Below, piece after piece: positions 26,138 through 41,100 of a stretch of 64,000 nucleotides of DNA (its first letter is position 1; each line of letters begins with the position of its first letter). The position numbers and the translations under genes are program-made. The notes below the pieces were generated by a model that was given only the letters and a program-made list of their open reading frames with translations, did not search any database and was not told the origin of the DNA. Origin of the DNA: Eledone cirrhosa (lineage: Eukaryota); the NCBI GenBank assembly GCA_964016885.1, contig OZ024763.1, positions 18,724,001 through 18,788,000 on the forward strand, given 5' to 3'.

Positions 26138-26215
26138 TAGATAGATAGATACATCTATATATATATTATATCTATCTATATATGTACACACACATACACC
26201 CACCACACACGCATA

Positions 26216-26271
<56 letters not shown>

Positions 26272-26630
26272 TGTGTCTAGGTGCGTGTACATATATAGAT
26301 ACATCTATATATCTACATCTATATATATATATACACACACACACACACATCTGTGTATATACACATGTACTAGTAGATTGGTTTACAGTGTATATAGTCC
26401 CTCTCTGGTGTTTATTTGTCCTCATGTTATCTGCAACTGGCTGTTTATTTTGTGTTTGTGTTTTTCTAAAATAATTTTGATTATTTTAGTTACTTTCCAA
26501 GGAAACAGAAACAAATGACCAAACCCCCTCAGAAAATATGAAGCCCTTCCCTACCTTATTTTTATATCTACCCCCTCTTTAGAGTGGGTGTATTGTATGT
26601 GTAGACCACAAATTAACAGAGTAATTTACA

Positions 26631-26652
26631 ATGTCGGATAGAGTGCTTTGTG
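26631..26652 (+). CDS. Probable start-codon exon portion (MSDRVLC-) of the SKAP/AFAP1-like gene
   Basis: ATG TCG GAT AGA GTG CTT TGT G|gtattt gives a phase-1 donor that joins the 43990 exon as MSDRVLCELLPGIESFF. Candidate upstream acceptors end at 26604 and 26619. The donor is weak. Confidence 0.45.
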
Positions 26653-26670
26653 GTATTTGCTTCAGCTCTC

Positions 26671-27215
26671 TGTTTGTGTCTATATTGTATCTATATTGTT
26701 TGTGTCTATATTGTATCTATATTGTTTGTGTCTATATTGTATCTGTATTGTTTGTGTCTATATTGTATCTGTATTGTTTGTGTCTATATTGTATCTGTAT
26801 TGTTTGTGTCTATATTGTATCTATATTGTATCTGTATTGTTTGTGTCTATATTGTATCTATATTGTTTGTGTCTATATTGTATCTGTATTGTTTGTGTTC
26901 ATATTGTATCTGTATTGTTTGTGTCTATATTGTATCTATATTGTTTGTGTCTATATTGTATCTATATTGTTTGTGTCTATATTGTATCTATATTGTTTGT
27001 GTCTATATTGTATCTATATTGTTTGTGTCTATATTGTATCTATATTGTTTGTGTCTATATTGTATCTATATTGTTTGTGTCTATATTGTATCTGTATTGT
27101 TTGTGTCTATATTGTATCTATATTGTTTGTGTCTATATTGTATCTATATTGTTTGTGTCTATATTGTATCTATATTGTTTGTGTCTATATTGTATCTGTA
27201 TTGTTTGTGTCTATA
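26671..27215. repeat. 26-bp minisatellite TATTGTTTGTGTCTATATTGTATCT(A/G)
   Basis: Period 26 (26941, 26967). Confidence 0.95.
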
Positions 27216-27382
27216 TGTATAATGATGATGATGATATCTATATATATATATATATATATATATACTAGAGTAAAGCATGTCCAGAGAATTATTTGATAAT
27301 ATATATTCTCCATTGAGCCACAACGTGAAAAGTTGCAAAAACACATATATACCTGTAACTGTTTAATTGGTGTATGTGTAAA

Positions 27383-27466
<84 letters not shown>

Positions 27467-27467
<1 letters not shown>

Positions 27468-28456
27468 TAGCATTAAAGCCCGGCGTTGCTCGGGGTCATT
27501 AATTTACCAAAGTTAGGTTGCACCACCCATTTTATGGCAGCACTTTTTTGTCTGCCAGGCACTGGGTGAATGAATTGCAGACCTGGAAGCATGAGCTACG
27601 CCAGCAGTGACAATTGTAGTTTCGCCTATGGATATTATCTCTGTGCAAAAAAGTGTTGAAATTTATTGTTTCACAGTACTTGCGCAACACGCGCGTAGAC
27701 GATGCCAGCCGAACAACAGAGCTGCGATGGAGTTGTTCTGCATGGTTGTCTGTGTGTTTTCTAAATTTCAGACAGTAGGGAGGGTTGTGATATGAGGGAG
27801 AGTTAGCTGTTGTTTCTAGCAGGTTTAGTGACCTCATAGAGGATATGTGTTTTCTAAATTTAAGAGAGTAAGGAGTGGTGTGATATGGGGGAGAGTTAGC
27901 CGCTGTTTCTAGCAGGTTTAGTGACCTCATAGAAGATATGTTTTCTAAATTTAAGACAGTAGGGAGGGGTATGATATGGGGGAGAGTTAGCTGCTGTTTC
28001 TAGCAGGTTTAGTAACCTCATAGAGGATATGTGTTTTCTAAATTTAAGACAGTAGGGAGTGTGTGAGGAGGGGTGTGATATGGGGGAGAGTTAGCTGCTG
28101 TTTCTAGCAGGTTTAGTAACCTCATAGAAGATATGTTTTCTAAATTTAAGACAGTAGGGAGTGGTGTGAACGGACAGTATCACCATCAAGCTTGGAAAGA
28201 GAAAGTAGCAGAAAGTATGAAGTTGTATAGATTTTGAATGGTAGTAGAAAGAGTTCAGCAGTTTAAATGAGAGAGAAAAATCGTAAAATATTGAGTTTTA
28301 TCTATTTTTTGCGTAATTGTGGGTGAAATTGAAAAAATTATCTGCGTCAAGATGCAATCGAAACTATTTCGAATACTGAATTGTAAATTTCAATTGAAAT
28401 TCTATATCGTAGATTTCTATAACGAAGGAGCTTGACCACACACTGAGCTTTATAGA
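27467..28456 (-). mobile_element. Non-autonomous Helitron with internal ~90-bp tandem repeats
   Basis: Minus strand starts A|TCTATAAAGCT and ends with hairpin CCCGAGCAACGCCGGG + CTAG|T; 4-5 internal repeats at 27755-28165. Confidence 0.7.
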
Positions 28457-28721
28457 TTATGATGATGATGATGATGATATATGATATATATATATATATA
28501 TATCCTCCTTCATGTTCCCATAACCAATCAGTGATTTAACAATCAATGGACATGATGTATAAGAGACTATATAACAGAAGTGAGTGTATATTATATATCA
28601 ACAGAGGCGTGAGTGTAGAAAATATATAACAGATATCTCCTAATAGTCTCTCTTGGAACTGACTTAAACAACACCCCATATCTTGTTGTTGTTGCTGTTG
28701 TTGTTGTTGTTGTTGCTGTTT

Positions 28722-29224
<503 letters not shown>

Positions 29225-29275
29225 ACACACCCCAACAAAAACAGCTGTAAATTCTTTAGTTTCTTGAACAATTAA

Positions 29276-29279
<4 letters not shown>

Positions 29280-29334
<55 letters not shown>

Positions 29335-29590
29335 GTCTGGTAAGTGTGTGTGTATGTATATATATATGCATGTGTTTGTGTGTGGTGGGTTTATTTGTAT
29401 CTGTATGAGTGTTTGTGTGTGTTATGTATGAGGAATATGTGTATGTATATGTGTATGAGAATACATATATATATGTGTGTATGTGTCTATGGTTATATAT
29501 ATACGTGTGGGTGGGTGTGTGTGTATTTGAATGTATATATAGATGTGTGTATGCATATATATATGCATACGTGTGTGTATGGGATGTGTG

Positions 29591-29631
<41 letters not shown>

Positions 29632-29893
29632 ACACATATATACATACGTGTATGTATGTATATATATATATATGTGTGTGTGTGTGTACACATATATACA
29701 TACGTGTATGTATGTATGTATGTATATATATATATATATATGCATGTGTGTGTGTATGGTGGGGTATGTACGTACATATATGTATGTGTGTTGGTGTGTG
29801 TGTGTATGGTGGGCATGTACATATGTATATGTATGTGTGTATATATAGTGAGTATATACATACGTATGTATATATGTATGTATGTATATATAC

Positions 29894-29979
<86 letters not shown>

Positions 29980-30030
29980 CATATATATATACATATATAT
30001 ATACACATATATATACATATATATATATAC

Positions 30031-30061
<31 letters not shown>

Positions 30062-30062
30062 C

Positions 30063-30099
<37 letters not shown>

Positions 30100-30124
30100 C
30101 ATATATATATACATGTATATATAC

Positions 30125-30155
<31 letters not shown>

Positions 30156-30188
30156 CATATATGTATATATACATATATGTATATATAC

Positions 30189-30219
<31 letters not shown>

Positions 30220-30408
30220 CATATATATATATACATATACATATATATATATACATATATATACACATACATATATACATATATATATACACATACATAT
30301 ATACATATATATATACATATACATATATATATATATATACACATACATATATACATATATATATACATATACATATATATATATATACATATATACATAT
30401 ATATACAC

Positions 30409-30443
<35 letters not shown>

Positions 30444-30530
30444 CATGCATATATACATATATATATACATACATATATACATATATATACACACATATAT
30501 ATATACATACATATATACATATATATACAC

Positions 30531-30567
<37 letters not shown>

Positions 30568-30648
30568 CATACATATATATATATACATACATTTATATAT
30601 ATACATACATATATATATATATACACATACATGTATATATATACATAT

Positions 30649-30695
<47 letters not shown>

Positions 30696-31002
30696 TACAT
30701 ATATATATATATATGTCTATATCCTTACTGGAAATAGCCTAGATTCCATATCTCATCTTGCCTAACATTGCCCCTCCTTTCCTCTTCAGTCTGTCTGCTT
30801 ACCTTTGCGGAAGAAATTACTTTCTGTTCTCACGCGCCAAGCCTACACACTCACATACACTCACACACACACACACACACACATACTCTCTCACACACAC
30901 ACTCTCTAACACACATACTTACATACACTCACACAAACTCACACACACACTCAGTTATTCTTTCATTCTTTTACTGCTTACAACCAATTAATTATATTAT
31001 AT

Positions 31003-31070
<68 letters not shown>

Positions 31071-31522
31071 GTGAGGTTTTTTTTTACAAAATGAAAAACG
31101 AGATGTGAGAAAAACCACAGACCTTCCATCTCAACTCACCTTTTGAAAAGCAGAACTGCAAAACTGCTAAAGGAACCAAATAAATATATATATTTAAAAA
31201 AAATAAGACTCCAGTTGCATTTTCGATTTCATCTCTTTTTCTTTATATATATATATATATATATATGATATATATATGATATATATATATTATATATATA
31301 TATTATATATATATATATAATATATATATATATTATATATATCATATATTGGGAGCCCCTACATGGACACACTAGAAGAGGAAGACCAAGGTTAACATAT
31401 GTTGATGCCCTAAGGACAGACACTGGTCTGTTGGAGATGCAGGATATGGCAGTGATAATGAGGGACAGAGACCGCTGGAGAGAACTCGTCCATGGATCTC
31501 GGGAATTTTACCCGCCTTAGAT

Positions 31523-31571
<49 letters not shown>

Positions 31572-31751
31572 ATATTATATATATATATATTATATATATA
31601 TATATTATATATATATATATTATATATATATATATTATATATATATATATTATATATATATATATTATATATAAATATATTATATATAAATATATTATAT
31701 ATATATATATTATATATATATTATATATATATATATATTATATATAAATAT

Positions 31752-31785
<34 letters not shown>

Positions 31786-31973
31786 ATTATATATATATAT
31801 CATCATTTCATTTTACGGCCACTTTTCCCTGCTTGCAAGGGTGGGACGGGAACTGATTCTGGCTTGATTTCTACAGCTGGATGCCCTATATATATATATA
31901 TAAAATATATATATATATTATATATATATATATATTATATATATCACCATCATCATCATTTTACGTCCGCTTT

Positions 31974-32004
<31 letters not shown>

Positions 32005-32120
32005 ATATATATATATATATTATATATATATTATATATTATATATATTATATATATATTATATATATATATATATTATATATATATATTATATATTATAT
32101 ATATATATATATATTATATA

Positions 32121-32171
<51 letters not shown>

Positions 32172-32530
32172 ATATATTATATATATATATATATTATATA
32201 TATATATACATTATATATATATTATATATATATATTATATATATATTATATATATATTATATATATATTATATATATATTATATATATATTATATATATA
32301 TTATATATATATTATATATATTATATATATATTATATATATATTATATATATTATATACATATATTATATATATATTATATATATTATATATATATTATA
32401 TATATTATATATATATTATATATATTATATATATTATATATATATTATATATATTATATATACATTATATATATTATATATACATTATATATATTATATA
32501 TATATTATATATATTATGTATATTATATAT
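29280..32530. repeat. (TG)n/(TA)n/(TACA)n microsatellite field
   Basis: Direct inspection. Confidence 0.9.
31345..31520 (+). mobile_element. LINE (RTE-like) C-terminal fragment within (TA)n
   Basis: WEPLHGHTRRGRPRLTYVDALRTDTG...MRDRDRWRELV peptide typical of LINE ORF2 C-termini. Confidence 0.65.
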
Positions 32531-33065
32531 ATCTTCCCTCAAGTGGGACAATTCCCGTCTAGACCCATGCTAGCATGGAAAATGGACGTTAAGCGATGAT
32601 GATGATGATGATATATATATATATAATATATATATATATATATAATATATATATATATTGTTTAGCTCTAGTTTTATTAACTATTGGAGCGCTTGCCAGC
32701 ATATCTACGATTTTGCGTTTTGTTTTGTTTTTTCTACCGGCCGAAATACGATTCTCGCTGATTTTATATTTATATTATATATATATATATTATATATATA
32801 TATATTATATATATATGTCTCATTTGAAATAATACAGCCAATTTTCCACGCAATACTTTTAGTTAGCACCCCGAACACATAATTGGGAATATAATCACTT
32901 ATTTCCTAATGTTTGTTGAGTGAGTTGGAATTTGGCCGGAGTATCGCTAAAAAGCATTCTCCAATATTGTATTTATTTATTATATATTATATATATATAT
33001 TATATATATATATATATATATTGTATATATATATATATATATTATATATATATATTATATATATG

Positions 33066-34255
33066 CAGATGACCTCGCATTTATAGCTGAATCTATGGTA
33101 GACTTAGAGAAGAAATTCCAAACTTGGAAGCAGGGTCTCAAAGTCAACCTGACAAAGATTAAGGTCCTTGTAAGTAGACGAGAAAACAGAACCCAGACCC
33201 CTCAGGTAAATGGCCTTGCTCAGTATGTAGGAAAGGTGTAGGTAGGAACTCTATTCTCTGCCCCAAATGCAAACAATGGGTACACAAGAGATGTAGCGGG
33301 ATCTCAAGAAGCTTAACTAAGAATGTAGGCTTCACATGTAGCAGCTGTGCTGGGACAGCAAGCAGCAAACAGTCACAGGAAACAAGTACCACCAATCTCT
33401 GGGAGGGCTCTGGAGAAACAGTAGACAGCTTCTGCTACCTAGGTGACCGAATTAGCAGCGGAGGTGGGTGTTTGGAAAGTACAATAACTAGGGTAAGAAC
33501 GGGATGGAAGAAATTTAGGGAACTACTACCCTTTCTAGCTGCAAAAGGCTTCTCCCTCAAAATGAAAGGCAGAATGTATGATGCGTGTATCCGAACAGCA
33601 ATGTTGCATGGTAGTGAGACCTGGGCACTGAAGGTGGAAGACTTACGTAGATTAGAGAGAAACGAAGCCTGCATGCTCCGATGGATGTGTAGTAGTAATA
33701 TATGCGAACGGCAAAGCATAAATGAATTGAGAGAGAGACTGAGCATAAGAGGAATCAAATGTTGTGTGCAGGAGAGTCGGTTGCGTTGGTATGGACATGT
33801 GATGCATATGAAGGATGACAGCTGCATAAAATGGTGCAGAGCACTAGAAGTCGATGGAAGCCTTGGAATGGGGAGACCCAAGAAGACCTGGGATGAGGTG
33901 ATAACAGCCGACCTTACCCAATTACACATCTCAAAAGCGATGACACATGACCGTGACCTCTGGCGTCATGCACTAATACAGAAGACCCGACCCACCACGA
34001 AGCTGAGGCATATAGACAATATGCTCCCACACCGTCCCACTGCAAAGTGGTCGCGGAGGTGCCACGGCAAAAAAGCACCCAGCCCACACTGTAAATGAGG
34101 TTGGTGTTAAGAAGGGCATCCAGCTGTAGAAATCAAGGCAGAATCAGTTTCCGTATGAGCAAGACAAGGTCAGCTGACCGGACACTGCCCACAACAGCAC
34201 AACCCGTCTAACCCATGCTAGCGTGGAAGAACGGACGTAAAACGATGATGATGAT
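33066..34255 (+). mobile_element. 5'-truncated, frameshifted RTE LINE copy (same family as 16806-19092)
   Basis: ADDL..., PHD-like finger, ESTITRVRTGWKKFRELLP..., 3'UTR and (GAT)n tail. Confidence 0.9.
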
Positions 34256-34659
34256 ATATGCAAGCAGGGAAGAGCAGACATAAAATGATGATGATGATGA
34301 TGATGATATATATAACAGTTTTGTAGCTTGCTTAAAGGAAGGTTTAGCTGGAAACATAAATTTAAATTTTGAAGACCAACACAATGCGTAATGAAGAAAG
34401 CTAAATTGCCAAGATAACATTTAACAACCCCAAATATTTCAGGTTTAAAAACCCATTATCAAGGTAATAATCCTATGAGAAATTTAAGAAACGATCGGAT
34501 AGACTTGCTTGTATGGAACTGAGCGATTTGTAAGTCTCTCATTGGGTTATTCCTTTGATAATTGGTTTTTAAACCTGAAAATATTTGGGGTCATTAAAAT
34601 TGCTATGGCAATTAAACATTCTTCATATGCATTGTTTTGGTCTTCAAAATTTTAATTTG

Positions 34660-34690
<31 letters not shown>

Positions 34691-34715
34691 GGAAGTATAT
34701 ATATATATATACATA

Positions 34716-34962
34716 TGGAGACACGTGGCCTAGTGGTAAGGGTGTTGGACTTACGATCATAATGTTGTGGGTTCGATTCCATGTTGTGTTCTTGAGCAAA
34801 ACACTTCATTTCATGTTGAAAATGAGTACCAGCAATAGCTGGGGGTTTAACCTTGCGATGGACTGGTGTCCTGTCCAGGGGGAGTCTTGTACTCTCAGTC
34901 GCTTCATGCCATGAAACTGGGATAAGCACCGGCCAAATGAGCCTTCGGGTTTTAGACAGACT
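34716..34962 (+). mobile_element. tRNA-derived SINE with V-domain-like motif
   Basis: tRNA-like head GTGGCCTAGTGGTAAG...GGTTCGATTCC; GCGATGGACTGGTGTCCTGTCCAGGG resembles the V-SINE domain (recall). Confidence 0.65.
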
Positions 34963-35190
34963 TTAACCCTTTAGCATTCATATTACTCTATATATACTAT
35001 AACATTTTCATGGTAAAGGCTTTACCTCACATAACATCGAATCTATGAGATTTTGAAAGTATTTATTTTGAGAACAATACCTTAACATCAGTTTGAGTGG
35101 CCAGTTACAGCCAGTTTCAACAGACTATATGCATTTCAGTGACCAGGTTAGATAGAATCCTGGCAACATATATATATATATATATATATA

Positions 35191-35717
35191 TATTGTTATA
35201 CTTTGGGAGGGTCATGTTGCCAATAAGGAACACATGCACCAGTTGCTTTCACTTCAATTTATTATCATAAATTTATAAATTTAGGAATTTATAAATTTCC
35301 GGTTGGTTGGTTGGTTCCACAACCAGATGGTTGTTTATATATTGTCAAAGTTCTTTGGTCACACATTCTGTGACCTCTTCAGTGACTGGGGATTATTTTG
35401 TTTGTTTTTGTGCCTCTCCTTTGTTCTGTCCTATGTCATCTTGAAACAAGATGGCGTAGGCGTAGGACAGAACAAGGGAGAGGCACAAAAACAAAGAAAA
35501 GAATCCCCAGTCACTGAAGAGGTCACAGAATGTGTGACGAAAGAACTTTGACAATATATAAACAACCATCTGGTTGTGGAACCAACCAACCAACCAACCG
35601 GAAATTTATAAATTTATAAATTCCTAAATTTATAAATTTATTATAATAAATTGAAGTGAAAGCAACTGGTGCGTGTGTTTCTTATTGGCAACATGACCCT
35701 CCCAAAGTATAACAATA
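35191..35717. repeat. ~530-bp palindrome containing paired hammerheads
   Basis: ~250-bp arms with few mismatches; (TA)n flanks; one-sided tail to ~35775. Confidence 0.9.
35510..35552 (+). ncRNA. Minimal type I hammerhead ribozyme motif (mutated antisense twin ~35344-35385)
   Basis: GUCA-CUGAAGA-G GUCACA GAAUG UGUGAC-GAA-AGAACU-U^-UGAC. Confidence 0.7.
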
Positions 35718-35905
35718 TCGGTTTCAACACACGTTTTCAGATAAAGAATCTTGCTAAACAAATTCAGAAACGAAATATATATATATATATATATACATAC
35801 GTATACAAGGTGACCACAAAAACACTCCTTGATTTCAAGGAAAAGTGTACATAAAATGATGATTATGTTGATATATATAAATACATGTGTGGTGCGTGTA
35901 TATGC

Positions 35906-35967
<62 letters not shown>

Positions 35968-35999
35968 CTGGTGTGTGTATATATAGTTACAAATGTGTG

Positions 36000-36069
<70 letters not shown>

Positions 36070-36149
36070 CAGGGTGTCCCTCAAAAATGTATACATACTT
36101 TGATTGGAATGGTGTTGAGGTGTATATACATTTTGGGGGGGACGCCCTG
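36070..36149. mobile_element. Tiny Tc1/mariner MITE
   Basis: TA|CAGGGTGTCCC...GGGACGCCCTG|TA with ~30-bp TIRs. Confidence 0.7.
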
Positions 36150-36526
36150 TATAGACACACATTGCCATCACACCCCCCAGTCATGGCTGATTGGTATTAT
36201 CTGAGGGTGTATATGGTGTATATATTACATCTAGGCAGGACCCTATCATATTTCCATTGTAGTTATATATCTGCACTACTAACCTTTCATATCACTGCAA
36301 TCGTGATGGTGATGGTGATGGTTGTGGTGTGTGGTGGTGGTGGTGGTGGTCGTGGCGGTGGTGGTGGTGGTGTTTGGTAGTGGTGGTGGTGGTGGTGGTG
36401 TTTGGTAGTGGTGGTGGTGGTGATGGTGGTGGTGGGCTAGTTCATAGCTTCTCTCTCTCTGTCTCTCTCTATATATATATACACACACACACACATATAT
36501 ATATGCAAAATCTCAGTGCAGCCGAC

Positions 36527-36564
<38 letters not shown>

Positions 36565-36804
36565 CAGCGTATATATGTATGTATGTATGTATACATACAT
36601 ATATATATACACACATACACACACACACACGAGATATATGGAACAGCTGTTCCTTCAAACCTGCTTTGTAGAAGACATGACAGTTTTGTTAATGACTTTA
36701 TATATATATATATATACACACACACACATATATATATATACATATATATATTTATTATATATATTAATATATATATTCATATATATATATATACACACAT
36801 ATAT

Positions 36805-37868
36805 TCATCATCATCATCATCATCATCGTTTAACGTCCATGTTCCACGCTTGCATGGGTTTGGACGGCAGTTTTCCCACTTGAGGCAAGAGTGGTTGTCT
36901 TGCTCGCATAGGACTGCCTGGCGGGTTTTTTACAGTTGGATGCCCTTCCTAACACCAACCGCATTTACAGTGTGGGGCTGGGAGGTTTTTACCGTGTTGC
37001 CTACACGGCCACATTACAGCGTGGACTGTGTGTTTTTTTGTCGTGACACCTACACGACCTCATTTGTTTCGGCCTGGGTGTTGTGGCACCAACATAACTT
37101 TACATTGAAAGGGGCGGTGTGGATGGGACGGGGGTGATGGGACGGGGGGTGTATTTTGTTAGAGATGCCTACTGACTGTAGTAGGTTTTACTTTGTATTT
37201 AGGTAAGGCGGGTCTTCTCTATTACTGAGTACCGCCAAAGGTCTCGGTCCAGTGACATTGTCTTGGAGAGGTGTAAGCGTGTGAGGTCAGAATTTATCAG
37301 GTCGTCCCAGGTTTTTCTGGGTCTGCCTACTCCGTGGCTACCGTCTATCTTTATTGCCCTGCACTTTTTTATACAGCTGTCGTCTTTCATGCGCATCATG
37401 TGACCATACCAACGTAGCCTTCTCTCGAGTAAACAACATCTGATCCCTCTTATTTCTAATTTTTCCCTTAGTTCGTTTATGCTTTGCCGTTCGCGTATAT
37501 TACTATTACACATCCAGCGGAGCATGCAAGCTTCGTTCCTCTCTAGTCTGCGTATATCCTCTGCACACAATGCCTAGGTCTCACTACCGTGCAACATTGC
37601 TGTTCGTATGCAGGCATCATACAGCCTGCCTTTCATTTTTAGGGAGAACCCTTTAGCGGCTAATAGTGGTATAAGCTCTCTGAACTTTTTCCATCCAGTT
37701 CTGACTCTAGCTACTGTACTTTCAGAGCACCCTCCCCCACTTCTGATTTTGTCACCCAGGTAACGGAAGCTGTCCACTATTTCTATAGAACCCTCTGCGC
37801 AATTGAAAGAGCTAGTATTTTGTGGGCACTTGCTGCTACTTATTGCACCAGAGCACCGGCCACATGTA
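36805..37868 (-). mobile_element. 5'-truncated RTE LINE, related subfamily
   Basis: DSFRYLGD...RTGWKKFREL...ERRLRWYGH peptide with a stop; 3'UTR nearly identical to 6620-7230; (GAT)n tail. Confidence 0.88.
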
Positions 37869-38197
37869 ACTCATAAAATCATCTTCAATGGATATAAAAA
37901 CTGTTTAATGCTACTCGAAATTGGTCCTTAATTCAATCATATAAGTATTATTTAATCCTTACGGGGGTCGATAATATAAAGTACCAGTAATGCACTGGGT
38001 AATTGCTGGCCCTGTGCCTAAAGTAGAAACAATTATTTAACCCTTTTGTTGTCAAACCACTCAAAACTGGTCCTTGATTTTCTGATATAAAACTTTTTAA
38101 CCCTTTTATTGTTAAACTACCTGAAATTGGCCCCTAATTCTATCATATAAAAACTGTTGAACCTTTTTAATGCCAAACTATACAAAACTGGTTCCTA

Positions 38198-41100
38198 CCA
38201 TCATCATCATCATCACCACCACCAACACCATCAAGACCATCACCATCAACATCACCATCAACATCACCATCAACATCACCACCACCACCACCACCATCAC
38301 CACCAACAACACCAATATCACCAAACCACCACCACCACCACCACCATCATCATCACCAACACCACCATCATCACCACCACCACCATCACCACCAACAACA
38401 CCACCAACAACACCAATATCACCAAACCACCACCACCACCACCACCACCACACACCACCACCACCACCACCAGACCACCACCACCACCACACACCACCAC
38501 ACACCACCACACACCACCACACACCACCACCACACACCACCACACACCACCACCACACACCACCACACACCACCACACACCACCACCACCACACACCACC
38601 ACCATCACCACCACCACACACCACCACACACCACCACCACACACCACCACACACCACCACACACCACCACCACCACACACACACCACCACCACCACACCA
38701 CCACCACCACCACCACCATCACCACCACCACACACCACCACACACCACCACACACCACCACCACCACCACCACCACACACCACCACACACCACCACCACC
38801 ACCACCACCACACACCACCACCACCACCACCACCACCACCACCACCACCACCACACACACCACCACCACCACCAGACCACCACCACACACCACCATCACC
38901 ACCACCACACACCACCACACACCACCACCACACACCACCACACACCACCACACACCACCACACACCACCACCACCACCACACACCACCACCACACACCAC
39001 CACACACCACCACACACCACCACCACACACCACCACACACCACCACACACCATCACCACCACCACACCCACCACCACCACACACCACCACCACCACCACA
39101 CACCACCACCACCACCACACACCACCACCACACACCACCACCACCACCACCACCACCACACACCACCACACACCACCACACACACCACCACACACCACCA
39201 CACACACCACCACCACCACCACACACACCACCACCACCACCACCACCACACCACCACCACCACCACCATTCAGAATAACCGATCCTCTCAGTACAACTGA
39301 TGTGTTGTCTCAAAGTTGTCCATGTGGAGTAATTTCTACAGTGAAGTGGTCTTTGTTCTCTCTTGTGGGGCGGTGTGGTGGTGTGGTGTAGTAAGGTGTT
39401 GTGTGGTGAGGTGTGGTGGGATGTGTTGGTGGGGTGGGGTGGGGGTGTTGGTGGGGCGGGGGGGGGGGGGGGTGTAGTAAGGTGTTGTGTGGTGAGGTGT
39501 GGTGGGATGTGGTGTGGTGGTGTGGTGTGGTGTAGTAAGGTGAGGTGTGGTGGTGTGGTGTGGTGTGATGTAGTAAGGTGTTGTGTGGTGAGGTGTGGTG
39601 GGATGTGTTGGTGTGGTGGGATGTGTTGGTGGGGTGTGTTGGTGGGGTGGTGTGGTGTGTTGTAGTAAGGTGTTGTGTGGTGAGGTGTGGTGGGATGTGG
39701 TGTGGTGAGGTGTGGTGGGATGTGTTGGTGTGGTGGGGTGTGTTGGTGGGGTGGGATGTGGTGTAGTAAGGTGTTGTGTGGTGAGGTGTGGTGGAATGTG
39801 GTGGTGTGGTGGAGTGTGTTGGTGGGATGTGGTGTGGTGTAGTGTTGTGGGAGGTAGCCAGGGGTGTAGAACCCAGCCCCCATCCTACACAACCACAGTA
39901 ACCCTCCCAGCGATTCTTTCCTGAGACATACTGGAGAGGGGGGGGATGATGAGGAAGAGGGGAAGGGAAGAGAAGAAGAAGCCTACACTCCACAACCCCC
40001 ACCACAACATGATATACACTCCATTGCAGGACATGACCAGTTGGATCCACCCTGGAACTCACATTCCACACTGCACTCAACACCACCTCGCCTGCACTCT
40101 ATATCATCTTGCCCACACTCCAATCCACCTGACCTACACTCCACTCTACTTCACTCAAACTCCACTGCACCTCACCCACACTCCATACCAATTGCCCACG
40201 CTCGACATCACTTCACCCACACTCGACATCCCATGCCACGCAACTCACACTCCACATCACTCTACCCAACTCACACTCCAGATCACATGACCCCCCCACA
40301 CCATACCACCACCACCACACCACCAACACCCCCACCACCACCCACATTACCACACCCCACCCTACCACCATCACACCACCACCACCACCACCAACACGAC
40401 CACCACACCACCACCACCCACAGTACCACACCTCACCCTACCACCATCACACCACCACCACACCACCACCACCACACCACCGCCACCACACCACCACCAC
40501 ACCAACACCAGCCCACCACCACCCGCAATATCCCCCACCCTACCACCATCACACCACCACCACCACACCACCACCACCACCACACCACCACCACCACCAC
40601 ACCACCACACCACCACCAACACGACCACCATACCACCACCACACCACCACCACACCACCACCACACCACCACCACACCATCGCCACCACCACACCACCAC
40701 ACCACCACCAACACGACCACCATACCACCACCACCACCACCACACCACCACACCACCACCAACACGACCACCATACCACCACCACACCACCACCACACCA
40801 CCACACCACCACCACACCACCACCACACCACCACCACCACCACACCACACCACCACCAACACGACCACCATACCACCACCACACCACCACCACCACACCA
40901 CCACACCACCACCACACCACCACCACACCACCACACCACCACCAACACACCACCACCACACCACCACCACACCACCATCACACCACCACCACCACACCAT
41001 CACCACACCACCACCAACACGACCACCACACCACCACCACACCACCACCACCACACCACCACCACACCACCATCACACCACCACACCACGACCACCACAC

